A stretch of 64,000 nt of DNA from Stegostoma tigrinum. Taxonomy: Eukaryota. Where the stretch lies: positions 51,753,598 through 51,817,597 of the forward strand of contig NC_081369.1 of assembly GCF_030684315.1 (NCBI RefSeq), in the 5' to 3' direction. Shown here piece by piece: positions 58,503 to 64,000 of this stretch; the first letter of the stretch is position 1, and every line of letters begins with the position of its first letter. The translations under genes and the position numbers were made by a program. The notes beneath the pieces are model-generated. The model did no database searches and was not told the DNA's origin. It was given only the letters and a program-made list of their open reading frames with translations.

Positions 58503-59390
58503 ATAAGACTGTAAGACAATAAGAAACAGGAACATGATTAGGCTATTCAGGACCTCAAGCCTACTCCAGCAGTCAAAACAATCATGGCTAATCTGATATT
58601 CCTTATTTCTGCTTTTCTGCCCTTTCCCCACAACCCTTGATTTCCCTGATGATTAAGAATCTATCTATTTCAGCCTTAGATATACAAAAGGACTCTAGCC
58701 CCACAGCTCTGGATGGCAAGAAGCTTCAAAGGCTCACAGCCTCTGAGAGAAGAGATCCCTTCTCATCTCAGTCTTCAACAGAACAGACTAGAATTGCCAT
58801 TTATGTTCAAAAAAAATGTGAAGCGTGTTTAAGTCACCTTACCACTGCAGAATAACAGACTAATAGCAGAAAGCATAGATATGAAAAAAAAATCAAGATG
58901 AAATCCATTTTAGTTTAATTCCTGACTCCTGGGCTCAGGTAAAGACAGTACCGCTGCAAGACTGCCATGCCGGGCCACTGGAATGCCGGCCATCCATGAT
59001 GGGCTGCTGGAAACTCACGCCACAAGACTCCACAGAAGCTTCCCAATGGACACAGCTGGAAAGACCATGAAAAAACAGGAAAAGTGGCTAGAGTGGATGA
59101 GCCCTCGGTAACAGGAACTCAGACGCTGCCTACTCCGCCGCAGCCATCTTGCTGCAAAAATTGCCATCCCTTAATTCTGAGACTATGTCCTCTGGTCATA
59201 GACTCCACTATGAGGGGAAACATCCTCTCAGCATCTACCCTCTCAAGGCCATTAAAAATCCTTTTATGTCTCAATGAGATCACCTCTTATTCTTCTAAAC
59301 TTCAGTGGGGAGAGTCCCAACCTGTTTAACATTTGCATATAAGACAATCCTTCAAGACCAGGGATCATCCTCTTGAACCTTTGCACACAT
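58503..59390 (-). mobile_element. CR1 3' fragment split by an insertion at 58778-59155
   Basis: RFKRMIPGLEGLSY..LNRLGLSPLKFRRIRGDLIET; 'catctcagtcttcaa' resumes as 'aaattgccatcccttaattctgagac'. Confidence 0.85.
58778..59155 (-). mobile_element. Short non-autonomous retroelement (YY1-type 5' end, Rex1-like tail)
   Basis: Minus strand starts gcagcAAGATGGCtgcggcggagtagg and ends 'taaacacgcttcacattttttt..ggcaattctagtctgttctg'; boundaries defined by the interrupted CR1. Confidence 0.6.
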
Positions 59391-59439
59391 TTGCACAGAA
59401 GTGACAATGGACAATGTGTCTCAATTTCCTTAGCATCAC

Positions 59440-60190
59440 TGATGCCAGCCAAAGTGATTTAAGAAAGGTCTGAAGACACAATGTTGACAATATTCTGGCA
59501 ATAGCTTGCTCTTGAATGTTTCATCCAGCAGAATGAAGGAAGGTATTGCAAACAGTGCTACCAAGCAGCACTTGCAAAAGAACAGCCTTGTCATTGACGC
59601 TCGGTTTGGGCCTGCCAGTGCCACTCAGCTCCTGACTTATTACAGCCTTGCTGTAAACATAAGCTAAAGATCAGAACTTCAGATGTAAGGTAAAAGTGGC
59701 AGCTCTTGACCTCAACCTAAGCTGCAGGTCATTTCTGAAGAAGTTCCTCAGGGTCATATCCTAGATGTCCCTAGAAATCTTCAGCTCCTTCATCAATAAC
59801 TTTCCTTCCATCAGTCGGGAAGCAGGATGTTTGCTGATGATTGCACGATGTGCAGCACCATTCAAGATTCTTCACCTAGTAAAGTACCCGCTCAAATTGA
59901 GCAAGACCAGACCAAGATCCAGGCCTGCGTTGGTAAGGATGTGAGAGTAACATTTACACGACACAAGTTGGCAATAACTATCTCCAACAGAGACAGAAAT
60001 TAACAATTTCCCCTTGACATTCAATGGCATGACCATCGTTGAATCACTAACTATCAACATCCTGGGGGTTACCATTGATGAGAAACTGAGCTGGACAAAC
60101 TGTATAAATATATTGTGATTACAGGAACAGGTCAGAACTCTGCAGTGAGAAACTCACTGCCTGACCACCACCTACAAGGCTCAAGTGAAG
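59440..60190 (+). mobile_element. L2/CR1-group LINE RT fragment
   Basis: VPQG.., FINNFPSI, MFADDCT (~59828), TINILGVTIDEKLSW. Confidence 0.8.
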
Positions 60191-60689
60191 GCAATAGGTG
60201 GGGATATATGAAGTTGTCACTAATTTGGCACTGGGGCTATAAAGGGCTATGGGAATGATTGTGGTTATAGTGGGTATGAAGCATCATGGGAAAGGGGCAA
60301 ATTAATATAGAATGCATGCAGGATATGGGGGATCATGGGAATTGAATAAATGGGCAAAGGGTAGATAGTAGGTTCAAGCAGTACTAATGTACAGGTTTGC
60401 CTAAGTATGTTTAAACCTGCTGAAGTAATGAACTCCCAAGGCTTTCAGTCTTTTACACCATCATTACACAGGTGATCTTCCACACCTTCCCAGACATTAA
60501 CCCTGCAACTGTGATACCACACAGACAAAGCCTCGATTTAACATCTCAAACAAAAAACTGCTCCTCTGACAATGCAGCACTTCTTCAGTATTACAATAGG
60601 ATGTCAGCTTAAACTTTGTGTTGGAGAATTAAAGTGAAATACAGAACCGTTGCAAATATCTTTTATGTTAATGGTTTAATGAAGATCAG

Positions 60690-61800
60690 TAGCTGGGTAG
60701 CAGTTGGAGTTGTTGGTCAATTTGCCAAGTTGACTGGTTTTCATATGAACGTTTTGTCTCCCTTCTCGGTGGCATTGTCAATGCTGTATAGCCTCCATTG
60801 AAGTGCTGTTATTCTGTCCGGCTCTGAACTTATATGGTCCAGTCTGTCATGGTGGGCAGAGATAATTAGAACTGCAGATGCTGGAGAATCCAACATAACA
60901 AAGTGTGTAGCTGGATGAACACAGCAGGCCAAGCAGCATCTCAGGAGCACAAAAGCTGACGTTTCGGGCCTAGATCCTTCATCATTTCGACATGTTTGTT
61001 AATTGCATTGGTGGTTGAATACTGGGGCCTCCAGGAATTCGTGTACTTGTCTTTATGTCGCTTGCCCTTGTACTGAAAATTCGTCCCAGTCAAACTGATG
61101 TCCTTCCATGTCAGAGTGTATTGAAATGAAGGAGAATTGATTGTGCTGTTTTGCTGTGAATTGGTGTTCACGTATCCTGGTGGCAGGTTTCCTGCCTGTC
61201 TGTCCTATGTAATGTTTCTCACGTTGCTGCATGGTATTTTGGGTGTCACATTTGCCCTGCTCATTGTGGGTATGGGGTCTTTCATCTTTGAGAGTAACTG
61301 GTGAAGTGTGGCTGTTGGTTTGTATACTATCCTTATTTCAAGAGGTTGTAGACATCTTGTAATCATTTGTGATTTGTTTCTAACATATGAGAGGTTGGCC
61401 AGTGTGTTGGGGTGTACAGTGTCTTCTTGGTGTTGTTTGCTTGCCAGGCATAAGTGGCTGAAGCTATTAGGATAACCATTGTTTGCAGAGAATCTACATT
61501 GGTGTTCCTCTTTGCTCTTGCGCAGCTCCAGGGTGTTGCAGTGAGTTATCGTTTGTTTTGTCAGAGCCTTGACACAGCTCTGATTGTGGATGCCAGTGTG
61601 GTTACTGTTGTAATTCAGGATTTGTTCTCTGTGTGTGTAGTCTTTCTCTATTTGCTGGTAAGGAATTCCCCTTTGTCCATTTGTTCTACCATTATGTGTA
61701 GAAACGGGAGTTCCCTGGTGAACCTGGTCCCAGTGAATATGCTGTTAATAGAGTGGTGTGTTTCTTCTAACTCTGTAAGATACTTTACAATAGATTGACA
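60690..61800 (-). mobile_element. Penelope-like element (family 4): RT C-terminus, GIY-YIG and pLTR, decayed
   Basis: LEETHHSINSIFTGTRFTRE.LPFL; TGRKPATRIREHQ at ~61165-61205; degenerate hammerhead on minus ~60747-60780 (ttgacaatgccaccgagaagggagacaaaacgttc). Confidence 0.8.
60858..60984 (-). mobile_element. PLE mini-insertion (family 1) inside the family 4 PLE, truncated at the hammerhead
   Basis: Near-identical to 25928-26055; ends at 'gacgtttcgggcctagatccttcatca'. Confidence 0.88.
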
Positions 61801-62889
61801 CCATTGACAAAAACAGGAGAGACTTCCCTTTCTTTTAATCCATGTACCGGTCTTGACTGTTTTGAGTGCAGAAATATTAACAAAATAGAGAACAAGTATT
61901 AATGGTTGGTTCTGGTTACACTGTAGAATCATGTCACAATACAGGGTAGGAAGCAACTATTCATCTGAAGGCATGTAACGCGTGATAATTGACTGACCTC
62001 CAGTTCAGGACAGTTTCTATGGATTGAAAAGGGCTGATGGGGCTAGCAAAACCATCCCACAAATAGAAACTGGAACAAGCCCCACTTTGTTAACTTTAGA
62101 ACTTAACTTCTGCCTCAACTGCAAAATATAACCAACCAATGTCACTTCCTGGAAGTGTCATATTTGTATCATTAGTGAGAAATGCCAATATGAAAGTTTA
62201 AAGCTTACTGTGAAAACATACAGATTATGTGTCAGAAATGATGGTGTGACTCAAGACTGATAATGATAGACCGCCTATCAGCTTGGGCAGAAATTTAAAG
62301 TCAGGTCATACAATGAGCTTTGAGTTTAAATTAAAACAGGATTAACCAAAATCCATCAAACGTTTCATTGAAGACAAGGTAGATTAATAGTGTGGTAGAT
62401 TCATATCTGTATTGCTCACTGTTAATGAATGTAACACATTTGGCAGGAAATTGCCTTTGGTTTCTTCAGTCCAATATATCAGCAAGTGAGCATTTTGTCT
62501 TTTCTTTAACATCGGTCGTGACCACATTTGCTCAAGGCATTTTCTTTGAAATGTAAGGCTGAATTGCTGAGATAGATTTCTAAAAGCACCAGTTATATAA
62601 ATAATTAGCCACAACAAACTTATAAATGAATTCATCAGGTTAAATTTGGTCAGAAAATGGGAATGACACAAACTGTTGGATCAGAGCAACAATTCAAACC
62701 AGATAATGTGTTGCATTTGAAGTGTATTATTATTGTCACATGTTGGAAATTGGAAATGAATAAATTCAAATAAATTGCGTACGCCTTGATGAGGTATTTG
62801 ACAGATTTGTGGGTAAGTGCACAGCTTGGTGAGATACTGAGTCATTCAGAAAAGACTAGCTCCCAGTTATAATGGGAAATCAAAGCAGA

Positions 62890-63240
62890 GCAACATTGCC
62901 ATTGCACTAGTAATTAAAATTTGGGATCATGGGTTCAAATCTGAGCATGGCAAATGGTGGAATTTCAATTTGGTTAGTAAATCTGGAATTGAAAGCTAAT
63001 CTCAGGCAATGATATCATCATCTATTGTTGTAAAAACGTGTTTGGTTTACTTGTGTCCTTTTGAGGAAGGAGGTCTATCATCATGACCTGGACTGGCCTA
63101 CACGTGACTCCAGACCACAGCAATGTGCCTGACTCTTAATGACATCTTTTGACATGAACTGGCAATAGTTAGTTCAAGGGCAATTTGGGAATGTCAACAA
63201 AAAGCTTGCAGATACCCACATCCTGTGATGGAATAACAAA
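62890..63240 (+). mobile_element. tRNA-derived SINE (family B)
   Basis: B box gggttcaaatc; 'tggtttacttgtgtccttttgaggaagg...ggcctacacgtgactccagacc...aagggcaatttggga'. Confidence 0.75.
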
Positions 63241-64000
63241 TTTGCAGACCGTGCTATTTATCATTTCGGAACAAGAGTGAGCGAGGGAATAAAAATTAGA
63301 AAGCCTCCCCATCTCTAATCGCTCCTGAGGTAATAAGGATTAGTAATTCAATTGGTGTCCGTGCAACAATTAGGGAAGCATCTTCTCATCTTAAAAACCA
63401 GCAGGTAAAAATTTGTTCAAGTCACTTTCAAACTCCATGTTTCTGACACCACCATTGACCACCACACTTAATTCTTTGCTCAGCTATGTGGACAGAGGTT
63501 CAAATTGATTACTCCAATTAAAAGTGAAATTCAAGCACACAATGCCAGAAGAAGATACCGACAATCTCACAAAGTAAGAGCTCCTTGTTCTCACTCAAAA
63601 CTGAGACACAGCCGAGGTTTATCCTTGTCAGAGTGCCTATTGGCTCCATGAGACGGCCATCAGGTATGAGAATGGTAGTTCGCCTGCTCTCTGACCAACC
63701 TCCCCTCCAAAGTCCTCGTTAGCAACAGACATCGAGCTGGGTCAGACTGCCATCATTCTGGAGCTGAGTCTTCAGTGGTCAGAGCTATATCAAGGCGTCC
63801 ATCATAGCAATATCAAGTATCTTCAGTAGAAGTACAACAGCCTTCCACCATTATTGGTGACATCTGGAGATGTGAAATAAATTCATATTGTTTAATTTTA
63901 TGGTCTTCATAGTAGTGACATAACAGGAATGCCAATGAGGTTGAATGTCAGAAGGATCTCAGGGTCTCTGTTTCTTCCTGGAAATAAGTCCCGAACCGTA

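Noticed and set aside
58950-59000. Minus-strand 'ggccggcattccagtggcccggcatggc', resembling the start of an HDV-like ribozyme
   Set aside because: The nested double pseudoknot and catalytic C context could not be built.

Overview
Repeat-dense vertebrate non-coding DNA (about 40% GC by eye), almost certainly from a cartilaginous fish. The HE1/V-SINE, HER1-type CR1 LINE and Deu-domain SINE content points to a shark; the species cannot be fixed from sequence. No host protein-coding gene could be supported, so this looks like a large intron or intergenic region. The only long intact ORF (6083-7450) is the RT of a young, 5'-truncated CR1 LINE. The rest is CR1, L2/CR1-group, Rex1 and Penelope-like (PLE) retroelements, several tRNA-derived SINE families and a decayed PIF/Harbinger transposase. 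The most striking signal is about 20 PLE-derived pieces from at least four sequence families, most carrying a minimal hammerhead ribozyme motif (CUGANGA-stem II-GAA+palindromic tetramer+H). Many are 125-260 bp fold-back insertions with 10-14 bp target-site duplications, and their 5' break or inversion point falls just upstream of the hammerhead core. Other notable structure: a six-component nested insertion (4325-11115), a ~440 bp inverted duplication 4.5 kb apart (29610-30048 / 34574-35023), two local direct repeats flanking 0.7-0.8 kb, and a ~380 bp non-autonomous element with a YY1-type 5' end. Coordinates were read by hand; TSD-defined ends should be near exact, other element edges are approximate.
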